Below are positions 50,380 through 60,052 of a DNA stretch of 64,000 nucleotides, piece by piece; position 1 is the stretch's first letter; every line of letters begins with the position of its first letter. This DNA is from an uncultured Clostridia bacterium. GTDB taxonomy: Bacteria > Bacillota > Clostridia > TANB77 > CAG-508. A program made the translations under genes and the position numbers. The notes below the pieces were generated by a model. It worked only from the letters and a program-made list of their open reading frames with translations, ran no database searches and was not told the DNA's origin. The DNA is taken from assembly GCA_934162535.1 (NCBI GenBank), contig CAKPJC010000001.1, positions 15,577-79,576 of the forward strand, given 5' to 3'.

Positions 50380-51237
50380 TTACTTCTTTTGATGTAAATT
50401 CAGATTTTTATATAAACTACATATATTACAATCATTGCATATTTCAAACTTATTATCAAAAATTAATTTTAACGTGTTAATAAATTCAAGATTAATAAAA
50501 CTATTGGATGAATGTAAATAAATTTTAGAAGGTAGCAATTTTAATAAAGTATTTAAAATATAGTCATTATCAGAAAAACTTACATCTGAGAGATATTTAG
50601 CATTCAATTCACTTTTATCTATTTTTATTAATTGTAAATGTTCATCAAGTAAAGTTAAATCATCATTAATGCATACAATATGAACTGTTGAAGAACGAGG
50701 AACTTGAGAATGAACATATAGATTGACAAGCGAAATAAACTCAAGATATTCTCTTTCAATAATAAATTCATTAACTGATAAATTAACTAAATCTTCTAAT
50801 ATATTTCTATAATTATATAATCTGAAATTTATAAATCCAGTAATAATAATAGAATGATGTGAAGAAATATAATCATAAAATGCGTCAAAAATAGCTAACT
50901 GTCTACTTTCAAAAGAAAAAACATCATCACAAAGATTATCTTCACACATATCAAGTATTTTTGAAAATTCATTATTATCAAAATAAAAATAATCAGAAGA
51001 AAGAATATTTTTTATAATATCTAATTCAAAAAAGTCAATAACTAAATAAGAAAATATTGTGGCCAATTTTGTGTAGAAAAGTTCAGTATCGATTCCTTTA
51101 TAATGAATAATTATATTTTTGTATAAATTGAACTCATTGCATGAAAAAGATACATTTAACATATTAAAATTTTTAAACTCTTCCTGTAAATAATTCAATA
51201 AATCTTCATTATTCGTTTTTATACATAATGAATTCAT
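50380..51237 (-). CDS. hypothetical protein (about 285 aa), possibly YtxC-like sporulation protein
   Basis: ATG at 51237 with an AAGGAG SD; the track's longer start lacks an SD. I see no catalytic motifs. The YtxC suggestion rests only on size and context near infC. Confidence 0.5.
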   Translation of the reverse strand: MNSLCIKTNNEDLLNYLQEEFKNFNMLNVSFSCNEFNLYKNIIIHYKGIDTELFYTKLATIFSYLVIDFFELDIIKNILSSDYFYFDNNEFSKILDMCEDNLCDDVFSFESRQLAIFDAFYDYISSHHSIIITGFINFRLYNYRNILEDLVNLSVNEFIIEREYLEFISLVNLYVHSQVPRSSTVHIVCINDDLTLLDEHLQLIKIDKSELNAKYLSDVSFSDNDYILNTLLKLLPSKIYLHSSNSFINLEFINTLKLIFDNKFEICNDCNICSLYKNLNLHQKK

Positions 51238-51374
51238 AACAACTCCTTTAAATATTGTATATATAGTATTTGCTATATAATGAAATTTATACAATATAAT
51301 ATTCAAGAAAACTGGTAATGAAACTTGTATAAACAAATAAGAAAAAAAGCCACTTTAATGTAGCTTTCATATAT

Positions 51375-52964
51375 TTATAATTTGTGATAAATATTATAAT
51401 CTATATCAGGAAATATACAATCTTTGGCTTGTATATTTTCAAGAAATTCTTTATCAATTTCTCCTTTTTTTATTTCATAATATAATTTTGTAAATCTACC
51501 TATATGATCTTTGATTCTTTTTTTTGCATAATCAACCATAGTACCATTTGTAATAATAAATAGCCAGCAACTGGTTTGGGCCAAAAGTAGTTCACGGCTG
51601 GCCTGATTAAGAGCATCTTTTATTATACCATCAGCATTTGGGTAAGTTGTTGCAAGTTCAACCATTCTTTCACCAGCTTTATGTAGGTGACGATGAACAT
51701 AATCGTTTGTAGGGTTTAGCCAAACACCACTATAGCCATTTGCACCCCAACTTGAACGACATGGAGTACTTACTTGAATTTCTGGATATTTATCAATATA
51801 TTCAGATGGTGTAATTAATTCAAAATTACATTCGTCAAAATGTATTTTCTTAAATAAAATATATATCCAATATGGACCTTCATACCACCAATGACCATAC
51901 AATTCAGCATCATAAGGACATAAAATAATAGGTGGGGTATTCATATATTTTGATACATTTTCAATTTGTGCGTTTCTTGAATCAAGGAAATGACCAGCTT
52001 GTCTTTCAGCAGAATCATGAGCCCATTGAACATCATAGTAATCTTTTTGATCTGTTTTTCCTGTAATTCTGTAATATTTTATACCTGTGTGAACTCTAAC
52101 ACCATTATGTGCGATATAAGGTTTTATATAATCATAATCAGCTTCATATCCAATATCTCTATAAAATTCACGATAATTGAAATCTCCTGGATATCCATCA
52201 ATAGAACTCCAAACTTGTTGAGATGATTTCATATCACGACCAAAACAAACAAGTCCTTCAGGAGAAACGATAGGTGCACAGGTACCATAAATTGGTGTAG
52301 GGTCAGCATATAAAATTCCATGAGACTCTATAATTGCATACTCAATGCCGAATTCTTTTAGATATTTATCTGCTTCTGGAACATATCCACATTCGGGCAA
52401 CCATATTCCACGAGGTTTCCTTCCAAAAAATCTTTCATATGTTTGAACACCAACTGCAATTTGTGCTCTAACAGTTTCTTCAGTAACATATAAAATAGGG
52501 AAATATCCATGTGTAGCACCACATGTAATTATTTCTAGTACTCCTATATCTTGGAAATGTTTAAATTGCTCTATTATATTGCATTTCCATACGTCTCTAA
52601 ATAAATGCAAATCATTTTTGTATCTATCATAATAGTAATGAGATAGTCTATTAACTCTTTCATTACCTTTTGTTCTTTCTATTTCTTTTTCAGAAAGTTC
52701 AATTAGTTTTTCTAGGTAGTTTATATATTTTTGTTGTAATAATTTATTATCAAACATAGAAAGTAGAGTAGGGGTAATTGACATTGTTATTCTAAAATTT
52801 ACCCCTTCATCTACTAATTTTTGATAACTTTGTAATAATGGTATATATGTTTCTGATATAGCTTCATATAGCCACGATTCTTCAAGATAATCATCACTTT
52901 CTGGGTGATGTATAAATGGAAGATGTGCATGTAATACGAAACTTACATATCCTTTTTTTTGCAT
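51375..52964 (-). CDS. glycoside hydrolase family 57 protein (alpha-glucan branching/amylase-like, DUF1957-containing)
   Basis: N-terminal GH57 signature (FVLHAHLPF...HHPE), 529 aa, with the conserved partner gene (DUF4912) adjacent. Confidence 0.7.
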   Translation of the reverse strand: MQKKGYVSFVLHAHLPFIHHPESDDYLEESWLYEAISETYIPLLQSYQKLVDEGVNFRITMSITPTLLSMFDNKLLQQKYINYLEKLIELSEKEIERTKGNERVNRLSHYYYDRYKNDLHLFRDVWKCNIIEQFKHFQDIGVLEIITCGATHGYFPILYVTEETVRAQIAVGVQTYERFFGRKPRGIWLPECGYVPEADKYLKEFGIEYAIIESHGILYADPTPIYGTCAPIVSPEGLVCFGRDMKSSQQVWSSIDGYPGDFNYREFYRDIGYEADYDYIKPYIAHNGVRVHTGIKYYRITGKTDQKDYYDVQWAHDSAERQAGHFLDSRNAQIENVSKYMNTPPIILCPYDAELYGHWWYEGPYWIYILFKKIHFDECNFELITPSEYIDKYPEIQVSTPCRSSWGANGYSGVWLNPTNDYVHRHLHKAGERMVELATTYPNADGIIKDALNQASRELLLAQTSCWLFIITNGTMVDYAKKRIKDHIGRFTKLYYEIKKGEIDKEFLENIQAKDCIFPDIDYNIYHKL

Positions 52965-52986
52965 AATTTTCTCCTTACTTTATTCT

Positions 52987-53967
52987 CTACATAAATCTTG
53001 ATGATGACATATTTCCAGATGATGGATTTCCACCAGAAGAAGGATTAGAGATTTTTTCAAATAGTGATATATCTTCATTTTCATATATTCCAGAATATAG
53101 AGCTTTTAACAACTCTTCACTAATATAAGGAACATTCATATATTTTCTTGTTGTAGGTAAGTTTTTGATAATATCAAATAATGAAATTGATTTTTCTACA
53201 TTAGTTTTTACATTTCTGAAATTTATAGTATTATTTGCATTTGTGTTAAATAATACATGGTCATTTGGTGATTCTATTTCATTTGATGAAGATACATATA
53301 TATAATCTGTATGAATTGTTTCTTGAATTTCTTTAGTTGCTTCTTCACTATAATGATTTGGCCTTCTTCCAAGCTCTACTCTATAATCACATTTACTATC
53401 ATTAATGTGTAAATACCAGCTGTTTGCAAAATCATTAATTGGAATCTCAAAACTATAATTCATAGTATCATTATGTACAATTAAAACAGGCCTTGTAATA
53501 TTGAAGAAATTTTCACCATATTTATTTATATATTCTTCTCTATCTTTATCAGAAATATCCCAATACACAAATAAAGTGTCTGGTGTTTGATAAAGTATTT
53601 TTACAATTGTTTCATTATATCTGTAAGGTAAATCGTAATATTCTACAATATCTACAAATTTATTTTCCTCTTCGGCTTTTTTTACTGATGAAGTAGATGC
53701 CTTTTTGACTTTAGGTGTTGAAGTCTTTTTTGATTTTGATGAAGCAACTTTTTTTGTTGTTTTTGTAGATTTTGTTGTTGCTTTTTTAGCTTTTTTCTCA
53801 TTTTTTTCTTTTTTGGTATCTTCTTCTTTTGATGATACTTTACTTACATCAGATTTAGCTTTTACTGCTAACTTTTTAGTAGCTTTTTCTACAGCTCTTT
53901 TTAATTGTTCGATTTTGTTTTCATCATTCTTTTTTCTTTTTGATGTTTCTTTAGTTTTTGATGGCAT
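52987..53967 (-). CDS. DUF4912-domain protein with a Lys/Ser/Thr-rich N-terminal region, GH57-associated
   Basis: ATG at 53967 with an AGGAGGG SD. C-terminal DUF4912-like blocks (FVYWDIS...LIVHND...SWYLHINDSKCDYRVELGRR). It is adjacent and co-oriented with GH57. Confidence 0.6.
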   Translation of the reverse strand: MPSKTKETSKRKKNDENKIEQLKRAVEKATKKLAVKAKSDVSKVSSKEEDTKKEKNEKKAKKATTKSTKTTKKVASSKSKKTSTPKVKKASTSSVKKAEEENKFVDIVEYYDLPYRYNETIVKILYQTPDTLFVYWDISDKDREEYINKYGENFFNITRPVLIVHNDTMNYSFEIPINDFANSWYLHINDSKCDYRVELGRRPNHYSEEATKEIQETIHTDYIYVSSSNEIESPNDHVLFNTNANNTINFRNVKTNVEKSISLFDIIKNLPTTRKYMNVPYISEELLKALYSGIYENEDISLFEKISNPSSGGNPSSGNMSSSRFM

Positions 53968-54074
53968 AATTACCCTCCTATGTAAAAGACAATATTTTTC
54001 TATATCATATACTAAAAAAATAATAATTTCAATAGATAATCTAAAAAAAAACAAAAAAAATTAACGAAAAAGTA

Positions 54075-54103
54075 TTGACAAACAAAAGTCACGATAGTAT
54101 AAT
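54075..54103 (+). promoter_or_regulatory. consensus sigma-A promoter (TTGACA-17-TATAAT) of the infC-rpmI-rplT operon
   Basis: Perfect hexamers at 54075-54080 and 54098-54103 with a 17-nt spacer. Confidence 0.75.
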
Positions 54104-54202
54104 AAAATATGTTACAAGAAGAAGTTATCCACTTCTCACCTTATCTATGTGGAAAAAGGTTAGAAAAATATTAGATATATTACATATAGCTATATTTGTG
54201 TG

Positions 54203-54235
54203 GAATTGACTTGTAACAGAGTCAATTTTTTTTTA
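54203..54235 (+). promoter_or_regulatory. leader attenuator/terminator (GAATTGAC-10 nt-GTCAATT followed by T9) in the infC 5' leader; candidate L20-responsive leader
   Basis: The hairpin plus 9-T run lies about 100 nt downstream of the promoter and about 45 nt before the infC start. This is the arrangement known for L20-mediated attenuation in Bacillus. Confidence 0.55.
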
Positions 54236-54278
54236 CGAAATAAAGTAAAAAAACGAAAATTTTTGGGAGGTGTTTTAT

Positions 54279-54788
54279 ATAAAACAAGAATTACCAATAA
54301 ATGGTCAAATAAGAGCAAAGGAAGTTCAATTAATCAGTGATGAGGGAGAAAAATTAGGAATAGTTCCAATAAGCAAAGCACTAGACCTAGCTATGGAAAA
54401 AAAACTAGACTTAGTATTAGTTGCTCCAAATGCACAAGTACCTGTATGTAAGATAATGAACTATGGCAAATACAAATTTGAGCAATCAAAAAAAGAAAAA
54501 GAAGCCAAAAAGAAACAAAAAGTTCAAGAAACAAAGGAAATACGAATAACTCCAAACATTGAAGAACATGACTTTGGATTCAAATCAAGAAATGCAAGAA
54601 AATTTCTAGAAGATGGCAATAAAGTAAAAATAACAGTAAGATTTAGAGGAAGAGAGTTAAATAACACAAAAATGGGTGAAGCAGTACTAAATAAATTTAT
54701 TAGCACATTGGAAGATGTTTCAAATGTAGAAAAAAAGCCAAAACTAGAAGGTAAAAATATGTTTATTATACTAGCTAAAAAAGCTTAA
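54279..54788 (+). CDS. infC: translation initiation factor IF-3, initiating at ATA 54279
   Basis: IKQELPINGQIRAKEVQLISDEGEKLGIV... matches IF-3. The GGGAGG SD (54265-54270) lies 8 nt before the in-frame ATA. The track's GTG at 54270 overlaps the SD. Confidence 0.9.
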   Translation: MKQELPINGQIRAKEVQLISDEGEKLGIVPISKALDLAMEKKLDLVLVAPNAQVPVCKIMNYGKYKFEQSKKEKEAKKKQKVQETKEIRITPNIEEHDFGFKSRNARKFLEDGNKVKITVRFRGRELNNTKMGEAVLNKFISTLEDVSNVEKKPKLEGKNMFIILAKKA

Positions 54789-54825
54789 TAATATATAAAT
54801 AAAACAATTGAAAGGAGCGATAAGC

Positions 54826-55029
54826 ATGCCAAAACTAAAAACAAACAAAGCTGCAAAAAAGAGATATTCTTTAACAGCTAAAGGAAAAGTAAAAAGAACA
54901 ACAGCTAACAGAAGACACTTATTAGCAAATAAAACAAAAAGACAAAAATTATCAGCAAGACGCCCAGGAGCATATGCAGATAAATCTTGTGAAAATACAA
55001 TAAAGAAATTATTACCATATGGTAACTAG
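54826..55029 (+). CDS. rpmI: 50S ribosomal protein L35
   Basis: MPKLKTNKAAKKRY... with an AAAGGAG SD 8 nt upstream; the track start at 54808 precedes the SD. Confidence 0.9.
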   Translation: MPKLKTNKAAKKRYSLTAKGKVKRTTANRRHLLANKTKRQKLSARRPGAYADKSCENTIKKLLPYGN

Positions 55030-55054
55030 AAAATAGATTGAGGAGGGAAAAGAA

Positions 55055-55405
55055 ATGGCAAGAGTAAAATCAGCAATGACAACAAGAGCAAGACATAAAA
55101 AAGTATTAAAACAAGCAAAAGGATATTATGGAGCAAAACATTATAGATTTAGAAATGCAAACCAAGCAGTATTAAAATCATTAGCTTATTCATATGTTGG
55201 AAGAAAAGATAGAAAAAGTAATTTCAGAAAACTATGGATAGCAAGAATAAATGCTGGAGCAAGAATGAATGGAACAACATACAGCAAATTAATCGCAGGA
55301 CTAAAAAAAGCTAATGTAACAATAAACAGAAAAATGTTAGCTGAAATAGCTGTGACAGATCCAAAAGCATTTACAGAAATAGTAGAAATAGCAAAAAAAG
55401 CATAG
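55055..55405 (+). CDS. rplT: 50S ribosomal protein L20
   Basis: [28 protein letters not shown]..., 116 aa. Confidence 0.95.
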   Translation: MARVKSAMTTRARHKKVLKQAKGYYGAKHYRFRNANQAVLKSLAYSYVGRKDRKSNFRKLWIARINAGARMNGTTYSKLIAGLKKANVTINRKMLAEIAVTDPKAFTEIVEIAKKA

Positions 55406-55414
55406 GAAATAGGG

Positions 55415-55456
55415 AGACATTATTTTGAATTAAATTCAATATAATGCCTTTTTTTT
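55415..55456. terminator. bidirectional terminator between rplT(+) and spoVAE(-): long imperfect hairpin followed by T8
   Basis: CATTATTTTGAATT-AA-ATTCAATATAATG (14-bp stem, 1 mismatch) followed by CCTTTTTTTT. Confidence 0.6.
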
Positions 55457-55841
55457 ACTCTTTTTTCATTTTAGGCTTAGAAATCAATGAAGCAATATAT
55501 CCAAAGAAGATTGCAGAAGCAATACCACCAGCAGAAGCAGTAATACCACCTGTAAATGCACCAATTATGCCACTCTCATGAACACCCTTGATTGCACCTT
55601 TAGCTAGATTATAACCAAAACCTGTAAGGGGAACAGTTGCACCAGCACCAGCAAAATCAACTAAACATTGATAAAGACCTAGTCCACCTAATATTGCACC
55701 AGTTGTAACATAAATGACTAAAATTCTAGCAGGAGTTAATTTAGTTTTATCAATCAATATTTGACCAATAACACACAATAAACCACCAACAATAAAACAC
55801 TTTAATAGAGAAAACCAATTAATACAATTTAAAAAATCCAT
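55455..55841 (-). CDS. spoVAE: stage V sporulation protein AE (SpoVAEb-type)
   Basis: Small four-TM protein with the FIVGGLLCVIGQ block and a Gly-rich C-terminus, following spoVAD and spoVAC in conserved order. Confidence 0.8.
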   Translation of the reverse strand: MDFLNCINWFSLLKCFIVGGLLCVIGQILIDKTKLTPARILVIYVTTGAILGGLGLYQCLVDFAGAGATVPLTGFGYNLAKGAIKGVHESGIIGAFTGGITASAGGIASAIFFGYIASLISKPKMKKE

Positions 55842-55850
55842 ATAAACCTC

Positions 55851-56852
55851 CTACATCTCTATACTAACTGCATGTGCAATTCCAGGAATAGACTCTCCTT
55901 GTTGTGAGGAAGTTGAATTAGTCAATGCACCTGTTGCAATTAATAATAATCTATTAATCTTCTTTTGTTTTAATTGTTTGAAAAAATACCCGGAGAAAAC
56001 AGTTGCACAACAAGCACATCCACTTCCACCAGAATGAGTATCTTGTTTTTCTTTATCAAAAATCAAAACACCACAATCATTATAATTTGATTTAATATTG
56101 TAACCTTTGGTAAGAGCAAGTTCTGTCAGAATATCTTTACCAACATGACCGAGGTCTCCTGTGATAATTGCATCATAATAAGAAGGAGAACGACCAGTAT
56201 CTTTAAAATGACAAATAAGAGTATCTAATGCAGAAACAGCCATTGCAGCACCCATATTATTTGCATCTTTTATTCCCATATCAACAATTTTTCCTGTTGT
56301 AGCATGTGTAATAAAAGGACCAGAACCAGACTTAGATAAAATTGCAGCACCTGCACCAGTAACTGTCCATTGAGAAGTGGGAGGACGTTGATTTCCTAAT
56401 TCTAAAGGGAACCTAAACTGTTTTTCAGCACTACAAAAATGACTAGAAGAAGCACATAATACATGTTCGGCACATGCTTCTGTGAGAATAGCTCCAAGGC
56501 TTAATCCTTCAACAAATGTTGAACATGCACCAAATATACCAAAAAGAGGGATATTTAGTTCTCTTAATCCAAAACTTGATGAAATACACTGATTTAATAA
56601 ATCACCTGCAAAACAATATTCTATACTAGAAGAAGGAATCCCCGATTTAGATATAGCAGTATTAACTGTTTCTTTTATAATTTTACTTTCGGATTTTTCC
56701 CAAGTTTTTTCTCCCCAAAATTCATCATCTAAACATTTGTCAAAATATTTTGCTAATGGACCTTCAGATTCTTTGGGACCGACAATAGAAGCAACATCTG
56801 TTATACAAGGTGGAATATCAAATTTTATAGATTGTTTTCCTAACTTTTGCAT
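55851..56852 (-). CDS. spoVAD: stage V sporulation protein AD (thiolase-fold)
   Basis: About 333 aa with GACSTFVEG active-site-like Cys context and a Gly-rich C-terminus. ATG at 56852 with an AGAAAGG SD 9 nt upstream. Confidence 0.85.
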   Translation of the reverse strand: MQKLGKQSIKFDIPPCITDVASIVGPKESEGPLAKYFDKCLDDEFWGEKTWEKSESKIIKETVNTAISKSGIPSSSIEYCFAGDLLNQCISSSFGLRELNIPLFGIFGACSTFVEGLSLGAILTEACAEHVLCASSSHFCSAEKQFRFPLELGNQRPPTSQWTVTGAGAAILSKSGSGPFITHATTGKIVDMGIKDANNMGAAMAVSALDTLICHFKDTGRSPSYYDAIITGDLGHVGKDILTELALTKGYNIKSNYNDCGVLIFDKEKQDTHSGGSGCACCATVFSGYFFKQLKQKKINRLLLIATGALTNSTSSQQGESIPGIAHAVSIEM

Positions 56853-56880
56853 AAAAATCATCCTTTCTGTAAAAATTAAA

Positions 56881-57345
56881 TTAAACTAAAGTTATGCATT
56901 GAGTGTTAAAAATAAGATAAACAAGTCCTACAATTATTGAAGCAGAAATACCGAAAACAAGAACAGGACCTGCAACTGTAAACATTTTTGCACCTACACC
57001 CATAACATATCCTTCAGACTTATATTCCATTGCTGGAGAAACAATAGAATTTGCAAAACCAGTAATAGGAATTAATGAACCTGCACCAGCAAATTTTCCT
57101 ATTTTATTAAAAATATTTAACCCTGTTAAAAATGCACTAATGCCAATTAAAATAATAGAAACAATAGTACCAGATAATTCAGTTGAAAAGCTTTTTGACT
57201 TACAAATATCAAGAATAATCTGCCCAACAGAACAAATTAAACCACCAACCCAAAAAGCATTAAAACAATTTTTAAGAATAGGAGAATTAGGTGACTTTTT
57301 ATCAACATAATTTTGATAATCTTTTTTAGAATCTAATGGATTCAT
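56881..57345 (-). CDS. spoVAC: stage V sporulation protein AC
   Basis: About 154 aa with four TM segments, the AFWVGGLICSVGQ block and an AAGGAGGT SD. Confidence 0.85.
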   Translation of the reverse strand: MNPLDSKKDYQNYVDKKSPNSPILKNCFNAFWVGGLICSVGQIILDICKSKSFSTELSGTIVSIILIGISAFLTGLNIFNKIGKFAGAGSLIPITGFANSIVSPAMEYKSEGYVMGVGAKMFTVAGPVLVFGISASIIVGLVYLIFNTQCITLV

Positions 57346-57411
57346 ATAAACCTCCTTTATTATAAACTAAAGGAAGTATATCCAAAAAAAGAAATAAATA
57401 TACAACAAGAC

Positions 57412-57466
57412 ATTACAAAAATATTACAAAAATATTACAAAAATATTACAGAAATATTACAAATAA
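57412..57466. repeat. 11-bp tandem repeat (ATTACAAAAAT x3 perfect plus 2 degenerate copies) between the divergent spoVA and pil operons
   Basis: Copies at 57412-57422, 57423-57433, 57434-57444, 57445-57455 (1 mismatch) and 57456-57466 (degenerate). Further ATTAC motifs occur at 57476 and 57485. Confidence 0.8.
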
Positions 57467-57496
57467 AATAATTAGATTACATTTTTACAAAATCTA

Positions 57497-57524
57497 TTGA
57501 CTTTTTTAACAAAAAAGATAAAAT
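57497..57524 (+). promoter_or_regulatory. candidate sigma-A promoter of the pilus operon (TTGACT-16-TAAAAT)
   Basis: Hexamers at 57497-57502 and 57519-57524, followed by the SD GAGGGGG and ATG 57562. Confidence 0.4.
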
Positions 57525-57561
57525 AAAAGTAAGTGTAATTAATTTTAATGAGGGGGAAAAA

Positions 57562-59181
57562 ATGCCAAGTTATTTAGGAATGTATATTGAAGACAATTTA
57601 ATAAAATATGCCAAAGTATCAAAAGAAAAAGAAAAAGTAAAAATAGATTCTTTTGGTATTAAATTCTATTCAAATATATCACAAGCGGTAAAACAAATAA
57701 TAGAAGAAACATACAGTTTCAAAACCCCGATAAGTGTGAATTTGACTGAGGAAACATACCAATATTTTAATATGTTTTCTTTATTAAATAAAAAAGACTT
57801 AGAAAAAGCAATAAAACTTGAGTTTGAATCTTATTGTACAGATAAGGGCTATAATTCAAACTCTTTAGAAACTAGATATGCTATAGTAAATAATGCAGAA
57901 GATAAAGAAAAATTAAAAGTAATTAATATAAGTGATAACAAAATAGAATTAAACAAAGTGCAACAAAAATTAGATGGATATAGAATTGGAACAATTGCAC
58001 CAGTTGCAATGACAATTCCAAACTTAACAAGTCCTGAAAAAAAGGAAAATTCACTAATAGTTAATATTGAAGAAAAAACGACAATTACAACTGTAATAAA
58101 CGGAAATGTATATGAAGTTGAAACACTAGATGAAGGAAGTAAACAAATACTTGAAAAAATAAATTTAAAGGAAAATTCATATTCGAAAGCATATGAAATA
58201 TGTCAAAACACAACAATATATACAGCAGATGTACAAGACTTTGTGGAAGAACAAAGCAGGTATTTAGAAGACATAATGCCAACACTATATAATATAGTAG
58301 GAAGAGTACAAAAAATAATAAATGAGAGTGTAGAAAAAATTGGAAAAGTATATATTACAGGAACTTTGTCATGTGTTAATAATATTGACTTATATTTTCA
58401 AGAATATTTGGGAAAAGTAAAATGTGAAATACTTAAACCATATTTTGTACAAAATATTATAAAAGATGTTAATATAAAAGAATATGTTGAAGTAAACTCT
58501 GCTATATCATTAGCATTACAAGGGCTAGGAGAAGGAATAAGTGGAATAAACTTCAAAAAGAAAACATTTAATGATAGTTTTTGGAATATCACAATAGGTG
58601 GAAAGGATAAAGATAGTTCAAAAAATAGTAAGATTTTTGGGGACTTTAATCTAAATGATTTTACAGAAAAATTATCAAAAACTGAAGTTGGAATTATAAG
58701 AAGCCTAGTATCATTATTAATATTTATAATAATATATAGTGCATTTTCAGTTTTGCTAACAAAGCAAATTGATAAAAAAGAAATAGAGGTTGACAGTATA
58801 ACAACCAAAATAAATGCTCAAATATCAAGAGTAAAAACAGACACAACAGCATTAAACTCAAAAACGACACAATATACTACACTAATATCAGATTTACAAG
58901 CCGTAAATGAAAAAATAAGTGATATGAATGCTAGTAAAAACTTAATACCAAACTTATTAAACCAAATAATGAGTGCTATAGATGAGACAGTACAAATCAC
59001 ATCTATAGAAAATACAACAGGAAGGCATATTGTAATAGTTGCTCAGTCATCAAAATATCCAGGACTAGGATATTTCAAGACAAGATTAAAAACTAAAAAC
59101 ATACTTCAAAATGTTGTTTCAGGAAGTAGTGTAAAACAAAATGGAGTAATAACTGTTACGATTGAAGGTGATTTGCCATGA
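57562..59181 (+). CDS. pilM: type IV pilus assembly protein, fused PilM (actin-like ATPase fold) and PilN-like (TM plus periplasmic domain)
   Basis: N-terminal PilM-like block (LGMYIEDNLIKYAKV...), a TM segment near aa 385-410, then a coiled PilN-like region. It sits at the head of a pilus cluster containing pilD and pilB. Confidence 0.7.
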   Translation: MPSYLGMYIEDNLIKYAKVSKEKEKVKIDSFGIKFYSNISQAVKQIIEETYSFKTPISVNLTEETYQYFNMFSLLNKKDLEKAIKLEFESYCTDKGYNSNSLETRYAIVNNAEDKEKLKVINISDNKIELNKVQQKLDGYRIGTIAPVAMTIPNLTSPEKKENSLIVNIEEKTTITTVINGNVYEVETLDEGSKQILEKINLKENSYSKAYEICQNTTIYTADVQDFVEEQSRYLEDIMPTLYNIVGRVQKIINESVEKIGKVYITGTLSCVNNIDLYFQEYLGKVKCEILKPYFVQNIIKDVNIKEYVEVNSAISLALQGLGEGISGINFKKKTFNDSFWNITIGGKDKDSSKNSKIFGDFNLNDFTEKLSKTEVGIIRSLVSLLIFIIIYSAFSVLLTKQIDKKEIEVDSITTKINAQISRVKTDTTALNSKTTQYTTLISDLQAVNEKISDMNASKNLIPNLLNQIMSAIDETVQITSIENTTGRHIVIVAQSSKYPGLGYFKTRLKTKNILQNVVSGSSVKQNGVITVTIEGDLP

Positions 59182-60038
59182 GAAAAATATTATTAGGATT
59201 AGTATCAGTTATGCTATTTGCACTTTCAGTATATACAGCAATATATGGATTCTCAATTGGGTCACTGGAAGTGAAAAGTATACCAGCAATAAAAGAAGAA
59301 AACATGAGATTGGATAACAAAATACAAACAGCATCAAATTTAAGAACAAAAGATTATCCACAAAATGTAACATTACTTGAGAGTGCATATAAAAAACTAA
59401 TGTCAGAAAAAGAAAGCTATGAACAACTATTAAAATTAGGTGTTGATGAAAATGGGTTACCATTAAATAAAATTCAAGAATATGAAATGGAAAAAATATG
59501 GGTTGCAATGGGTAATTATGCACAAAAAGAAGGTGTAGACCTAAAAATGGATATTACATCAAATAACTCAGTAAGTAAAACATATGATTTGAAGTTTACA
59601 GCAACAGGAGGATATATTCAAATTACAGACTTTTTATATGATGTAGAAAGAGACACAACACTTGTATTTAAAATCGAAAACTTCAAAATGGTTCCAGGGG
59701 AAAACACTGACAATCTATCAGCAACATTTACATGTAAGGATATTAAATTAAATATCGCTGATGCGCTTGGAAGTAGTAGAAACAACAGTGATTCAGAAGA
59801 TAAAAAAGAAGATAGCACAACAGATAACAAATCACAAACAACAAATGATACAAATACAAATGCTAATACAAGTTCAAGCTCAGCAAAAAGTTCAAATGCA
59901 AATTCAAGTACAAGTACAGGAACAAACACAACATCATCAAGTTCAAGTACTAACAAAAGTGTAAATACAAGCACAAATACTAGTACAAACACATCAAGCA
60001 GTAACACAAGTACAAGTACTAATACAAACAGAAATTAG
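59178..60038 (+). CDS. PilO-like pilus assembly protein with a C-terminal Ser/Thr/Asn-rich low-complexity tail
   Basis: N-terminal TM, a coiled segment and a PilO-like core. The last about 90 aa are almost entirely S, T and N. The start ATGA overlaps the pilM/N stop. Confidence 0.55.
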   Translation: MRKILLGLVSVMLFALSVYTAIYGFSIGSLEVKSIPAIKEENMRLDNKIQTASNLRTKDYPQNVTLLESAYKKLMSEKESYEQLLKLGVDENGLPLNKIQEYEMEKIWVAMGNYAQKEGVDLKMDITSNNSVSKTYDLKFTATGGYIQITDFLYDVERDTTLVFKIENFKMVPGENTDNLSATFTCKDIKLNIADALGSSRNNSDSEDKKEDSTTDNKSQTTNDTNTNANTSSSSAKSSNANSSTSTGTNTTSSSSSTNKSVNTSTNTSTNTSSSNTSTSTNTNRN

Positions 60039-60052
60039 AAAGGAGTGTAATT

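Noticed and set aside
57346-57420. Forespore sigma (sigma-F/G) promoter for spoVAC
   Set aside because: placeholder
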